A stretch of 40,083 bases of DNA from a virus. Its lineage: Duplodnaviria; Caudoviricetes. The translations under genes and the position numbers were made by a program. The notes beneath the pieces were generated by a model that worked only from the letters and a program-made list of their open reading frames with translations, had not been told where the DNA came from and did no database searches. The stretch's first letter is position 1. Each line of letters starts with the position of its first letter. The stretch covers positions 1 through 40,083 of IMG/VR virus record IMGVR_UViG_3300005077_000081; one strand, 5' to 3'. This document shows, piece by piece, positions 6,858 to 16,006 of this stretch.

Positions 6858-7094
6858 ATGATATTTACAGACTGGCCTGAATACCTGCAAGAACTTTTCG
6901 AAGAGCGAGCGGCAATTATGGAGTTTGATGCCTGCATGACTCGAATCGAAGCAGAACGCAAAGCCGAAAGTGACGTACTAAAATCGGAATCGTTCAAACA
7001 ATGGGAACAGAAACAATATGACAACAATAAAACACGAAATAATAAAATTCGTGCATCAACTAAACATGGAAATATGCAAAGGCTCTTTAGATAA
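6858..7094 (+). CDS. Hypothetical protein with FEERAAIMEFD...EAE motif
   Basis: Motif recurrent in phage small proteins; SD GAGG. Confidence 0.7.
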   Translation: MIFTDWPEYLQELFEERAAIMEFDACMTRIEAERKAESDVLKSESFKQWEQKQYDNNKTRNNKIRASTKHGNMQRLFR

Positions 7095-7194
7095 AGAACA
7101 AGAAAAGGCACTCGCGGAAGAACTTGTAATATTCTCAAACGAATCTTACAACAGAGGATATATAGACGGAATTGGAAACGAAGAGGATTCATGA
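7018..7194 (+). CDS. Hypothetical protein (58 aa)
   Basis: MTTIKHEIIKFVHQLNME...SYNRGYIDGIGNEEDS; below the ORF track cutoff; overlaps the previous ORF by 77 nt. Confidence 0.45.
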   Translation: MTTIKHEIIKFVHQLNMEICKGSLDKEQEKALAEELVIFSNESYNRGYIDGIGNEEDS

Positions 7195-7324
7195 TAGTAT
7201 ACAAAATTGTCGTTATTGCCTTGGATTATACAAGATATAACGTAAAGCAAACCATTGAAAAATATGCGCTTGACGAAAAATAAAAGGAATGAAATGATGA
7301 AAAGCGAAAGAGTGAAGCAATGTA

Positions 7325-7540
7325 ATGGTAAAAACGTGTTGTAGTCGGATTAAAACTATGAGCGAAAAAAATAAAGAAAAACGATGGATAAACGATACAA
7401 AAGAAGAACTCCAAACAAGAATATTGGGAGCAATAAGATATTTCACTTATCCAGATAAAGAGGCAGCCGTAAAACAAAAAAGAGAAGAGGAAATAGCAAA
7501 GCAATTCGAAATAGAAGTCAATATTAAAGAGGTTGAATGA
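7325..7540 (+). CDS. Hypothetical protein (start uncertain)
   Basis: ORF track; stop coupled to the next ATG. Confidence 0.45.
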   Translation: MVKTCCSRIKTMSEKNKEKRWINDTKEELQTRILGAIRYFTYPDKEAAVKQKREEEIAKQFEIEVNIKEVE

Positions 7541-7704
7541 TGGAAAGAGTTAAAAAAGCTTCAAAAATTGGCGTCTATGCGGTTATGATTTTTGTGGCCG
7601 TTCATCTAATTCATATGATAGTAATCGGAGTCGTAAACGGACCTGAAGCGCTGTTACACTATATCGAAAACTTTAAAATACCTTCGGGCTTGTTTCTGTT
7701 TTAA
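7537..7704 (+). CDS. Small single-TM membrane protein (55 aa)
   Basis: ATGA overlap, SD GAGG; IGVYAVMIFVAVHLIHMIVIGVV hydrophobic segment. Confidence 0.6.
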   Translation: MMERVKKASKIGVYAVMIFVAVHLIHMIVIGVVNGPEALLHYIENFKIPSGLFLF

Positions 7705-7709
7705 ATAAA

Positions 7710-7824
7710 GGCGCGTTCATTGTGGAATACTCCTTATAGACTGATGCTTAAAGAAAAAACAAAGAAAATATTCGATCAAAAGCTTGTTTTAAATTCCTTT
7801 CAAGCTATGAGCAATGAACGCGCC
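7710..7824 (+). ncRNA. Long-stem/large-loop element D
   Basis: 13-bp perfect inverted repeat GGCGCGTTCATTG (7710-7722) / CAATGAACGCGCC (7812-7824); 89-nt loop with TACTCCTT near its 5' edge; T-tract follows. Confidence 0.6.
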
Positions 7825-7844
7825 GTTTTTTATAAGGCGACAAA

Positions 7845-9122
7845 ATGAAACTTTCAAATCTTAAAGACGATCCTAAAAACCCAAGAAAAATCAGCGAAAG
7901 AAGCCTCTCCGCGCTTCAAGAATCAATCGAAACTTTCGGGGATATCTCTGGAATCGTTTACAATAAACGAACAAAAGAACTCGTCTGCGGACATCAACGA
8001 AAGAAAGCAATACTCGAAAAATACGGCGATTGCGAAATTATTCTAAACGAGGACGGCGACCCAACAGAAATTGTTATCGACTCGAAAAGAACCGTAAATA
8101 TTAGAGTCGTTGACTGGGATGCAAAATTTCAAAGACTCGCAAATATAGCCGCTAACAATAAGTATATCGCTGGCGAATTTACAGAAGACGCTATCCCAAT
8201 AATGGCAGAGCTTGAAATAGAATATCCTGATCTTTCAACCGAATTGCTCATAGTAGATCTAAAAAACGAAACCATAAGCGATTTAAATTATCTCGAAGAA
8301 ATAAAAGAAGGAAACGCAGACCCTGACGATATACCAGAAGACGCGCCAAGTATATGCGAAAAAGGAGACATCTGGATACTTGGCGAGAATCGGTTGCTTT
8401 GTGGCGATTGTACAAAGGCAGAGGACGTTAAGCGGGTTATGGGTGGGGAGAAAGCTGATGTTTTATTTACATCACCTCCATATGGGCTTGGGAAAACAAT
8501 TAAATTACGCGGAAATGCAAATTTAAATAAACAAGAAAGCGCCTATTTGTCGCACGATGACGACCCAAAAGACTGGGCTGCACTAATGGTTAATTTTTGG
8601 GAGACAACCAGAAATTATTGTTCATCAACTTGTGTTAATGTTCAAATGTTGGCAAACAACAAAATTGAATTAATTAAATGGATAGCAGATAGGTCTGCGT
8701 TTCTGTGTGACATAGCAATATGGGATAAGCAAAACGCAGCGCCAGCAATGGCCTCAGGCGTTTTTAGTTCTAGGTATGAACTGCTGTTGTTTTTTTCAGA
8801 AGAAAATGCATCGCGCAAAATACCGTATTCGTCATGGCGCGGAACAGTTTCAAACGTATTTATAATAGGCAGGCAATCAAAAAACGATAATTCAGATATT
8901 CATGGCGCAACAATGCCAGTTGAATTGCCACTAACTTTATTTAAAGAAGTTCATAATAAATGCAAAAGCATATTAGATCCGTTTTGTGGTACAGGAACAA
9001 CCATCATTGCAGCAGAACAACTCAACCGTAAATGCTACGCCATTGAAATAGAACCTAAATATTGCGATGTCTCGATTAAAAGATGGGAAGAGTTCACAGG
9101 GAAAAAAGCGGTTAAAATATGA
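7845..9122 (+). CDS. ParB-like N-terminal domain fused to beta-class N4/N6 DNA methyltransferase
   Basis: NPRKI...GHQR ParB motif; GDIWILGENRLLCGD; motif IV TSPPY precedes motif I DPFCGTGT; typical position upstream of terminase. Confidence 0.92.
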   Translation: MKLSNLKDDPKNPRKISERSLSALQESIETFGDISGIVYNKRTKELVCGHQRKKAILEKYGDCEIILNEDGDPTEIVIDSKRTVNIRVVDWDAKFQRLANIAANNKYIAGEFTEDAIPIMAELEIEYPDLSTELLIVDLKNETISDLNYLEEIKEGNADPDDIPEDAPSICEKGDIWILGENRLLCGDCTKAEDVKRVMGGEKADVLFTSPPYGLGKTIKLRGNANLNKQESAYLSHDDDPKDWAALMVNFWETTRNYCSSTCVNVQMLANNKIELIKWIADRSAFLCDIAIWDKQNAAPAMASGVFSSRYELLLFFSEENASRKIPYSSWRGTVSNVFIIGRQSKNDNSDIHGATMPVELPLTLFKEVHNKCKSILDPFCGTGTTIIAAEQLNRKCYAIEIEPKYCDVSIKRWEEFTGKKAVKI

Positions 9123-9694
9123 CAAAGGATAAAAGAAAAAATAGAAAAAGACCGTACAAAGACCGGCGAAAAAAAAATCCAAAATTGACGCGAGTCAATA
9201 AAGATTCAGAATGTTTCCATAGAACAAGAGCGGAAAGAGAAAGGCAACGAATGGTCGTTTTTAAAATGCGTTGTCTTGGAGTGCCGATTATTAAAATAGC
9301 TGAAACTCTTAAACTGTCAATATCAACCGTTAATAGAGATTATAATATCGCAGAAAACGAATTCAAAAAACAATGGCAAGAAGACTCGTCAAGCATAAGG
9401 CTAAGACTTGCAGCAAGAATTGAAGGCGTTTTTAATGACGCGCTCGAAAATTATCATGTATTAAGAGGTCAATGGAATAAAAAAGAAGTCGGGTATAGCA
9501 TCGTTTGCAAAGCGCTGGACCATGTTTTATTTGTAATCAAACAAATGCGCGAATTAATGGGAGCAGATTCAGATTTAAGGCTAAAACATAAACTTATTGC
9601 AGAAGACGGCGACAGCTCCGAAAAAATGAAACTGCTTTTAAAAGAAATGTCTGCGGATATGGAAGAGCCAATCAAAGAAGCCGATATATTATAA
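9119..9694 (+). CDS. Putative terminase small subunit (N-terminal HTH)
   Basis: GVPIIKIAETLKLSISTVNRD HTH followed by helical region; located between methylase and TerL. Confidence 0.6.
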   Translation: MTKDKRKNRKRPYKDRRKKNPKLTRVNKDSECFHRTRAERERQRMVVFKMRCLGVPIIKIAETLKLSISTVNRDYNIAENEFKKQWQEDSSSIRLRLAARIEGVFNDALENYHVLRGQWNKKEVGYSIVCKALDHVLFVIKQMRELMGADSDLRLKHKLIAEDGDSSEKMKLLLKEMSADMEEPIKEADIL

Positions 9695-9738
9695 AATATG
9701 AACTCGCGAATCAGCAGCAAGAAGCCGTTAATATTAAC

Positions 9739-9900
9739 ATGATCGTAAGCTATTATGAGCATTACAGAACTAAGAAAGTTGTCGTCATAATGAACGCCAA
9801 TTCGGTTGCGGAGCTTCCCGCCGGAAGTTTAAAGAGATTTGAAGAATTGATAGAAGATTACTATGAAACACAGAACGCAAAAATGCAAGGGTGGGTGTGA
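9739..9900 (+). CDS. Hypothetical protein (start uncertain; frame open from 9592)
   Basis: MIVSYYEHYRTKKVVVIMNANSVAELPAGSLKRFEELIEDYYE... fills the TerS-TerL gap; no clear SD. Confidence 0.4.
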   Translation: MIVSYYEHYRTKKVVVIMNANSVAELPAGSLKRFEELIEDYYETQNAKMQGWV

Positions 9901-9930
9901 AATCATGTATAAAAAACAAAGCGAAAATAA

Positions 9931-11280
9931 ATGATTCTTGAACATGAACAAAACAACGCGATATTGCCGCCGCGATGGACAACATTAAGATATCATCCGC
10001 AGCAATACGCTTTTCGTAAATGCAACAAACGCTTTATTGTCGTTGTAGCTGGAAGGCGCTCAGGAAAATCTGAAAACGCAAAAAGAAAACTCGTTAAGCG
10101 CGCATTGACGTTTACAAAGAACGACAATGGGCGCTTTTTTTGTTGCGCCCCAACCTATAAACAAGCAGAGCGAATTTATTGGAACGATTTGAATCTTCTT
10201 ATTCCAAGAGAGTTTCAGGCGCAGCAGCCTTCAAAATCAGACCTTGCCATTTATTTAAAAAACGGAGCGCGCATATCGGTTGTCGGACTCGACAAGCCGC
10301 ACAGAATTGAAGGAGAGCCGATTGACGGCGTAATACTTGATGAATATGGAAAGATGAAGCATGAGGCTTGGACGAACAGCATAAGGCCCGGACTATCTAC
10401 AAGAGGAAGAGAAGGATGGGCTATTTTTATAGGATCTCCAAAGGGAAGAAACCATTTCTATCAAGTTTATAAAGACTGCTTCGATCCTTTGTTCATGAAT
10501 GATTGGGCCGGTTTTACCTGGACATCGGAGGGTATTTTATCGCCGGCCGAAATTGAGGCGGCGAAGCGCGACCTAGACCGGCTCACGTATGAGCAGGAAT
10601 ATTTGGCTTCCTTCGTTAATTTCGCCGGGAGGGTATACTATCCCTTTGTTCGCGAAGAACACGCAGTAGAACCGCTAAAATACGCGCCAGGGGCGCCTCT
10701 GATCTTGGCCTTAGACTTCAACGTCTCGCCTGGAACGGCTTCGATCATTCAAGAGATGCGGTACGAAGGGAAAAGGCATGGCATAGATAGGAACATAACG
10801 GGCATAATTAACGAGGTTTTCATTCCAAGAAACTCAAATACTGAAATCGTATGTAACAAAATCATTGAATTGTATGGCGAGCACAAAGGCGAAGTGTGGA
10901 CATACGGAGACTTTACGGGAGGCAACAGAGGAACGGCAAAGCTTCAGGGTTCGGATTGGACGATAGTAGATCAAATCCTAGGAAGCAAATTCGGAAGGCG
11001 GTACTATAACCGAGTTACAAAGAACCCAAGGGAAAGGGAGCGCGTCAACGCCGTCAATTCAAGGCTGAAGTCATTCGATGGAACCGTGCATATGCTTGTA
11101 GATCCTCGATGTACTCACACGATAGACGACTTTGAAGGGGTTTCGGTTGTCGAGGGATCTGCTGGCGAAATAGAAAAAAAAGCTGGCGACCCATTGACGC
11201 ATTTATCCGACGGTGTAGGATACTATGTGCACGAAGAGTATCCAATCGATGAATTGAAAACTGAAATCATACGTCAATGA
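9931..11280 (+). CDS. terL: Terminase large subunit
   Basis: Walker A VAGRRSGKS, Walker B VILDE, coupling motif GSP, YEQEY, nuclease LALDFN and HLSDGVGY. Confidence 0.95.
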   Translation: MILEHEQNNAILPPRWTTLRYHPQQYAFRKCNKRFIVVVAGRRSGKSENAKRKLVKRALTFTKNDNGRFFCCAPTYKQAERIYWNDLNLLIPREFQAQQPSKSDLAIYLKNGARISVVGLDKPHRIEGEPIDGVILDEYGKMKHEAWTNSIRPGLSTRGREGWAIFIGSPKGRNHFYQVYKDCFDPLFMNDWAGFTWTSEGILSPAEIEAAKRDLDRLTYEQEYLASFVNFAGRVYYPFVREEHAVEPLKYAPGAPLILALDFNVSPGTASIIQEMRYEGKRHGIDRNITGIINEVFIPRNSNTEIVCNKIIELYGEHKGEVWTYGDFTGGNRGTAKLQGSDWTIVDQILGSKFGRRYYNRVTKNPRERERVNAVNSRLKSFDGTVHMLVDPRCTHTIDDFEGVSVVEGSAGEIEKKAGDPLTHLSDGVGYYVHEEYPIDELKTEIIRQ

Positions 11281-11399
11281 GCAAAGCAATGAAACTAAAA
11301 GACCTTGCAGCAGAAAGTGACCGGGACGGGCTTTCCGTTGCAAGAAACCAGGGGCAAGAACGCCGAACTTGCCTCTACTATCCCGTTCCCCTTTTCCTT

Positions 11400-11440
11400 T
11401 GGGCGGCGATACTCAATAAAAGAGTGTTGCCGCCCATTTT
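11400..11440 (+). terminator. Hairpin / probable intrinsic terminator
   Basis: GGGCGGCGATACTC-AATAAAA-GAGTGTTGCCGCCC (with G-U pairs) followed by ATTTT. Confidence 0.6.
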
Positions 11441-11462
11441 CTGTTTATAAAGGAGAAATATA

Positions 11463-11786
11463 ATGTCTGACAAGAAAGCAAACGGCTTTGTAAAAGAGGT
11501 TGCCGATAAATTTACAGATCAATTTGCAACCATTCTAATTGGCGCGCGGGAAGATATCGAAAAGTACATCGCAATTATTTCTGAAGATATCGCAACCGCC
11601 ATTGTAAACAATGACGAAAAGACATTAGCGGAACTCAAAGGACAGGTAAGGTTGATTGCCGAAAGACATAGAGTTGACGCGGCTGTTACAACGATGAACG
11701 CAATAATTGAATTCATTGGCGCGCTTGCTGGCGCGGCCGTGAAAAAGGTTTCAAAGAGTAACGAAGACGACAAGGAAAAGGAGTAA
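11463..11786 (+). CDS. Hypothetical helical protein in the putative lysis block
   Basis: Strong SD AAAGGAG; amphipathic/hydrophobic C-terminal helix. Confidence 0.7.
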   Translation: MSDKKANGFVKEVADKFTDQFATILIGAREDIEKYIAIISEDIATAIVNNDEKTLAELKGQVRLIAERHRVDAAVTTMNAIIEFIGALAGAAVKKVSKSNEDDKEKE

Positions 11787-11792
11787 AAATCA

Positions 11793-12185
11793 ATGAGTAA
11801 ATCGGCGCATTTTTTCGTTTGGGCTATCTTGTGTTGCGCGGCTGTGTCATCGTGTCAATTCTTTGATACTGGACTTAGAACGTCAGAAATCCGTCCTGTA
11901 ATGGACGCGATTATAGACCGACACGACGGATACGTCGTTGACGATGTTTTCCTTTCAACCGAACAAAAAAATAATTATCTTAACGACTCAGTTATTATCA
12001 CGCATTTGATGATGGAAAATAAAAGTGTCAAAGCAGAGACGCTTTATCCGTACGCAATTCCACTTTGCGAAAGGCATGATGAATATGTAATAATTGACCC
12101 GAAACTTAACGAGTTGCAAAAGAGAACGGCGCTAAGGTCGAGCGAGCTAATAGTTGCAACGATTAAAGAGAATATCAGACAATGA
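11793..12185 (+). CDS. Predicted lipoprotein with internal duplication
   Basis: Signal peptide ending AVSS-C; repeats IDRHDGYV..D..LS..QK and CERHDEYV..D..LN..QK. Confidence 0.7.
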   Translation: MSKSAHFFVWAILCCAAVSSCQFFDTGLRTSEIRPVMDAIIDRHDGYVVDDVFLSTEQKNNYLNDSVIITHLMMENKSVKAETLYPYAIPLCERHDEYVIIDPKLNELQKRTALRSSELIVATIKENIRQ

Positions 12186-12556
12186 ACACAATAGATTTAA
12201 CGACCCAAGGAAATACACCAATGGCAGAACACGGCGAAAAGTGTAACATCCATGACATTGTAATAAACAATATCGAAAAGAAACTCGAAGAGTTTCTAAG
12301 CGGTTGCAGAGTAAAAGAGGGAGTTTTATCTAATCATTCATCGCGCTTGGGCAGAGTTGAAGAGCGTCTTAATAGTATCAAAAAAGATACTGGCGAGGTG
12401 ATAAAACTACTTAAGGGCAACGGCAAATCTGGCGCGATAGATCATATTTACAAAAACGACAGGAGAATTTCAAAGCTTGAGGTGAAGGCATGGATGATTA
12501 TATCTATGCTTGTGCCGATAGTTGTTTCATGTATTATTTATTACGTCAACCATTAA
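12182..12556 (+). CDS. Holin-like protein (coiled coil plus C-terminal TM)
   Basis: LLKGNGKSG...RISKLE motif then AWMIISMLVPIVVSCIIYYV. Confidence 0.55.
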   Translation: MNTIDLTTQGNTPMAEHGEKCNIHDIVINNIEKKLEEFLSGCRVKEGVLSNHSSRLGRVEERLNSIKKDTGEVIKLLKGNGKSGAIDHIYKNDRRISKLEVKAWMIISMLVPIVVSCIIYYVNH

Positions 12557-12568
12557 AGAGAAAACAAA

Positions 12569-13933
12569 ATGGCGAACGATACAGTTGATTCATGCGGCAT
12601 TAATTATAAAAAAATGCAAGGAAAGTGGAGATTAATTGACGCATTGCGCGGCGGCACCGAATCTATGAGATCGATGCGCACAGAATATCTTCCAATGGAA
12701 GAGGCTGAAGACCAAAGCCATTACGCTAATCGGTTGAATCGTACATTTCTGTTTTCAGGCTACACTGACGCCGTTGATTATTTGACGGCGCGACCTTTTT
12801 CTAGAAGGGTAACATATCAAGGAGAATTGCCGCCGAAGATTGGAAACATTATAGAAAACATTGACGGCAACAAAAACAATCTAACGGAGCTTGCGAAAAG
12901 CGTTTTAACAGACGGGATTGATTATGGAGTAACTTATCTTCTTGTAGAATATCCAAGCACGGTTGGACTTGAATCTGGAGAACAAAACAAGCTTGAGGTT
13001 GATGGAGTTATACGCCCTTTTATTGTTCATGTAAAAGCGCGTGACGTCATAGCGCGAACAAAGCAGCTTGACGATTTCGGGAATAGCCGAGTATCTTCTG
13101 TAAGAATCAAATACAAAACGATTGAAGCGGTTGGAGAATTCGAAGAGGAAGAAATAGAGGTAATTCGAGTTTACACAGATTCGGGCTGTTCTGAATACAG
13201 AAAAGGACCGAAAGACAAGGAATTTAGCTATTTTGCTTCGTCAGAGATTACAATAGGCAAGATTCCAATGGTTGAAATAAGGTTCAAGGAAATATCAGAC
13301 GGATATTTTGAGCCTTGTCTTTACAATCTTGCGGAAACAAACCTTATGCATTGGCAATCATCAAGCGATCAAAGAAACATTCTGCGGTACATTAGATGTG
13401 GGATTCTGTTTGGCTCAGGCATGACGGCAAAGGATATGGAAAATAACGTTATCGGTCCGTATCAAGTCATGTATAACAAGAATACAGAAGCGCGGCTTTC
13501 GTATGTTGAACATACAGGGAGGGCCGCAGAAGTAGGGCAAAACGATGTATCAATGCTTGAAGGCCGGATGATGCTTCAAGGTTTGCAGCCAATCTTAAAG
13601 GATTCTCATAAGACGGCAACGGGCAAGGTGATTGAAGAAACAAAGTCTTCAGACAACTTGCAATCTTGGTTAAGGAAGTGTGAATCTGGAATACTTGAGG
13701 CGTTTAAGATTGCAGCATTATTTACAAAAGAGGAAATTGCTGACGACTTTTCAATAAACATTTGGTCAGACTTTACTCTCTCGCTTAGGAGAAGCGAGGA
13801 TCTTAACTATATTCTCAAAATGGCTACGCTTAATCTTATACCTAAGAAGCTTTTCATCGAACAGATGATTAAGTTTAACATGCTTCCTGACAACATAGAC
13901 ATTGAAAAGACGATAGCGGAGTCAGAGGCATAG
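12569..13933 (+). CDS. Portal protein (DUF4055-type)
   Basis: ALRGGTESMR..YLP..E..Y..RL N-terminus; NLMHWQSSSDQRNIL; KTAT motif; position before MuF-like gene. Confidence 0.9.
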   Translation: MANDTVDSCGINYKKMQGKWRLIDALRGGTESMRSMRTEYLPMEEAEDQSHYANRLNRTFLFSGYTDAVDYLTARPFSRRVTYQGELPPKIGNIIENIDGNKNNLTELAKSVLTDGIDYGVTYLLVEYPSTVGLESGEQNKLEVDGVIRPFIVHVKARDVIARTKQLDDFGNSRVSSVRIKYKTIEAVGEFEEEEIEVIRVYTDSGCSEYRKGPKDKEFSYFASSEITIGKIPMVEIRFKEISDGYFEPCLYNLAETNLMHWQSSSDQRNILRYIRCGILFGSGMTAKDMENNVIGPYQVMYNKNTEARLSYVEHTGRAAEVGQNDVSMLEGRMMLQGLQPILKDSHKTATGKVIEETKSSDNLQSWLRKCESGILEAFKIAALFTKEEIADDFSINIWSDFTLSLRRSEDLNYILKMATLNLIPKKLFIEQMIKFNMLPDNIDIEKTIAESEA

Positions 13934-13979
13934 TCGGTAAGTCCTTTTTCCTTAAAAGGTGACGAAGACGAAATAAACG

Positions 13980-15074
13980 ATGATGAAGACGCCGTGGGAT
14001 AAGTTTTTAAAGCGCTACAAAGGTACAACGAATTATCGTTTAATTGAAGAGTGCATCAAACGGGCGATAAGGATAGACAATATTGCTTCTGTTTACGGAA
14101 ACGCCGTTGTAAGAGAGTTGAATAAAACATACTTTGCAAAAATAATAAGCGATATTGAAAAGGCGCTTACTCTTTTCGGTGAAAAAGAGATAACAATAAC
14201 CGAGTTTAACAAGAAAACAGAAGCAATCTATTCCAAGTATGAATCGAGATTGCAAGCCGCTTACTCGAATTATAGGAAAAAGCTTGTTACGGTATGCAAG
14301 AGCGAGTTTGCATGGGGACAACAAACGCTTTTTAATGTGCTTCCAAGTACTTTAAGACAAGCCGTAGACATATCAAAGCCGACTTTGCGCGTTATAGACA
14401 AAGCCATAGACTCCAATCCGTTTCAAGGAAGGTTGATAAAGGATTGGTTTACTGATTTGAGCGTTGCAACAAAGCGCTCAGTGGCAAATAAGGTAAAGAT
14501 CGGCCTTGTTAACAACAAAACCCCTATTCAAATAGGCAAAACCATAAAAGACGCGCTTAACCTTCCGCGCTATCAAGCAAATACGCTATCAAGAACATTA
14601 ACAAGGCACGTTCAAACATCCGCACGTTCTGATTTTATAGAAGAAAATGACGACATTATAGGCGAATGGCAATTCATCGCCGTTTTAGACGCTGGTACAA
14701 CGGATATTTGTTTGTCGTTACACGGAAGAACGTTCAAGGTTGGTGAAGGGCCTTACCCGCCGCTTCATTATAATTGCAGATCAGAACCAGTTCCTGTTGT
14801 AAAATCAACAATAGCTAAGAAACTTGGTATAACTCTGCCAAAGGATGAATACGCAATGCTTGGCGGTCCCGTTGACTTAGAAGACTTCGACAAAAATCAA
14901 TGGGTGAAAAATATGTCAGTTGCAGAACAAAATAAATTGCTTTCCGTTAAATATGCTGATAAATTTCGGAGGAACGAGATAGATTTGGATGATTTTTTCA
15001 AAATGCGGCGACTTCCACAAATCGACCAAGCCGGCGTTGGGCGGTTTGATAGAATAAAAAAGGTATCGTTATAG
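13980..15074 (+). CDS. Minor head protein (MuF / SPP1 gp7-like)
   Basis: AVLDAGTTDICLSLHG...PPLHYNCRS signature. Confidence 0.9.
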   Translation: MMKTPWDKFLKRYKGTTNYRLIEECIKRAIRIDNIASVYGNAVVRELNKTYFAKIISDIEKALTLFGEKEITITEFNKKTEAIYSKYESRLQAAYSNYRKKLVTVCKSEFAWGQQTLFNVLPSTLRQAVDISKPTLRVIDKAIDSNPFQGRLIKDWFTDLSVATKRSVANKVKIGLVNNKTPIQIGKTIKDALNLPRYQANTLSRTLTRHVQTSARSDFIEENDDIIGEWQFIAVLDAGTTDICLSLHGRTFKVGEGPYPPLHYNCRSEPVPVVKSTIAKKLGITLPKDEYAMLGGPVDLEDFDKNQWVKNMSVAEQNKLLSVKYADKFRRNEIDLDDFFKMRRLPQIDQAGVGRFDRIKKVSL

Positions 15075-15103
15075 GAACGGGTTTCTTTTGAGAGGGAACA
15101 AAA

Positions 15104-15919
15104 ATGCTTGATGCTTGGGTTACAAAAGAACAATACGAGAAGTTGCCTGAAGAGATTAAAAAGGTATACGTCGAGCACGATGGGGGCTTTATGCTTTCGG
15201 TGAACGATGTTACCGTGAATAACAAGCAATATTCCTTGCAGGATGTTAGTTCGCTAAGGCTTGCGCACAAAAAGGAGCGCTCGAACAGCAAGGCTTATTT
15301 CGATCAACTGAAGGCATACCAGGATGAAAGCGGCGAACCTTATGATCCTGCAAAAGTAAAAGAGGTAATGGCGAAGTACGATGAAATGATGAACTTTAAA
15401 GGCGATAAAGCGCTTGAGGCAATCAAAGCAGAAAACTCGTCTTTGAAGGCAGAAAACAAAAAGTTTAAGCAGGATTACGAAAAAAACTCTGGCCTTATCT
15501 CTAAAATGACTTCAACGCTAACGAAAGAAATGATCGATAATCGCGTTAACGAAGCGATAACGAACAATCAAGGAAATCATCGTCTTTTGAAGTCGATAAT
15601 CAAAGAAAGAGTTAAACTACACCAGGGCGATAATGGAGAATTTTCGGCGCTTGTCCATGATGAATTTGGCAACGTGGAATATTCTATTGAAGATCCGCAG
15701 AAGCCAATGACGATTGACCAATTTGTCAAATCGTTAAAAAACGACAAGGAGTACTCCCTCGCTTTTCAAGGTACAGGAAATTCAGGGGCTGGGAACGTTA
15801 ATAGGAGTGGGTCCGCTCAAAGCGCTGGATCAAAAATTGTGATTAAGCGCAGCGATCAAAGGGCTATCACTGCAAATCTTGACAAGCTTGCTACTGGCGA
15901 AGCTGTGTTAGAAGACTAA
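15104..15919 (+). CDS. Capsid scaffolding protein
   Basis: Coiled-coil protein with F..TGNSGAG near the C-terminus, immediately before the capsid gene. Confidence 0.75.
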   Translation: MLDAWVTKEQYEKLPEEIKKVYVEHDGGFMLSVNDVTVNNKQYSLQDVSSLRLAHKKERSNSKAYFDQLKAYQDESGEPYDPAKVKEVMAKYDEMMNFKGDKALEAIKAENSSLKAENKKFKQDYEKNSGLISKMTSTLTKEMIDNRVNEAITNNQGNHRLLKSIIKERVKLHQGDNGEFSALVHDEFGNVEYSIEDPQKPMTIDQFVKSLKNDKEYSLAFQGTGNSGAGNVNRSGSAQSAGSKIVIKRSDQRAITANLDKLATGEAVLED

Positions 15920-15920
15920 A

Positions 15921-16006
15921 GGCGGGAAGCCGCGCTGACCGGGACGGGGCGTGAAATTGTTTTTAGTGACGGAGGTTAAATGAACTAAAATGATGGAGAT
16001 TTAATC
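15921..16006 (+). promoter_or_regulatory. Capsid gene leader with GGA-containing mini-hairpins
   Basis: GGC-GGGAA-GCC, CCG-GGA-CGG, ACGGAGG and ATGGAG; TGACCGGGACGGG (15936-15948) recurs at 11318-11330. Confidence 0.4.

Noticed and set aside
7673-7735. Minus-strand 15-codon ORF (MNAPLFKTETSPKVF) behind AAGGAG in element D
   Set aside because: No minus-strand transcription unit is evident, and the equivalent frames in B and E are unrelated; kept only as the alternative explanation for the anti-SD motif.
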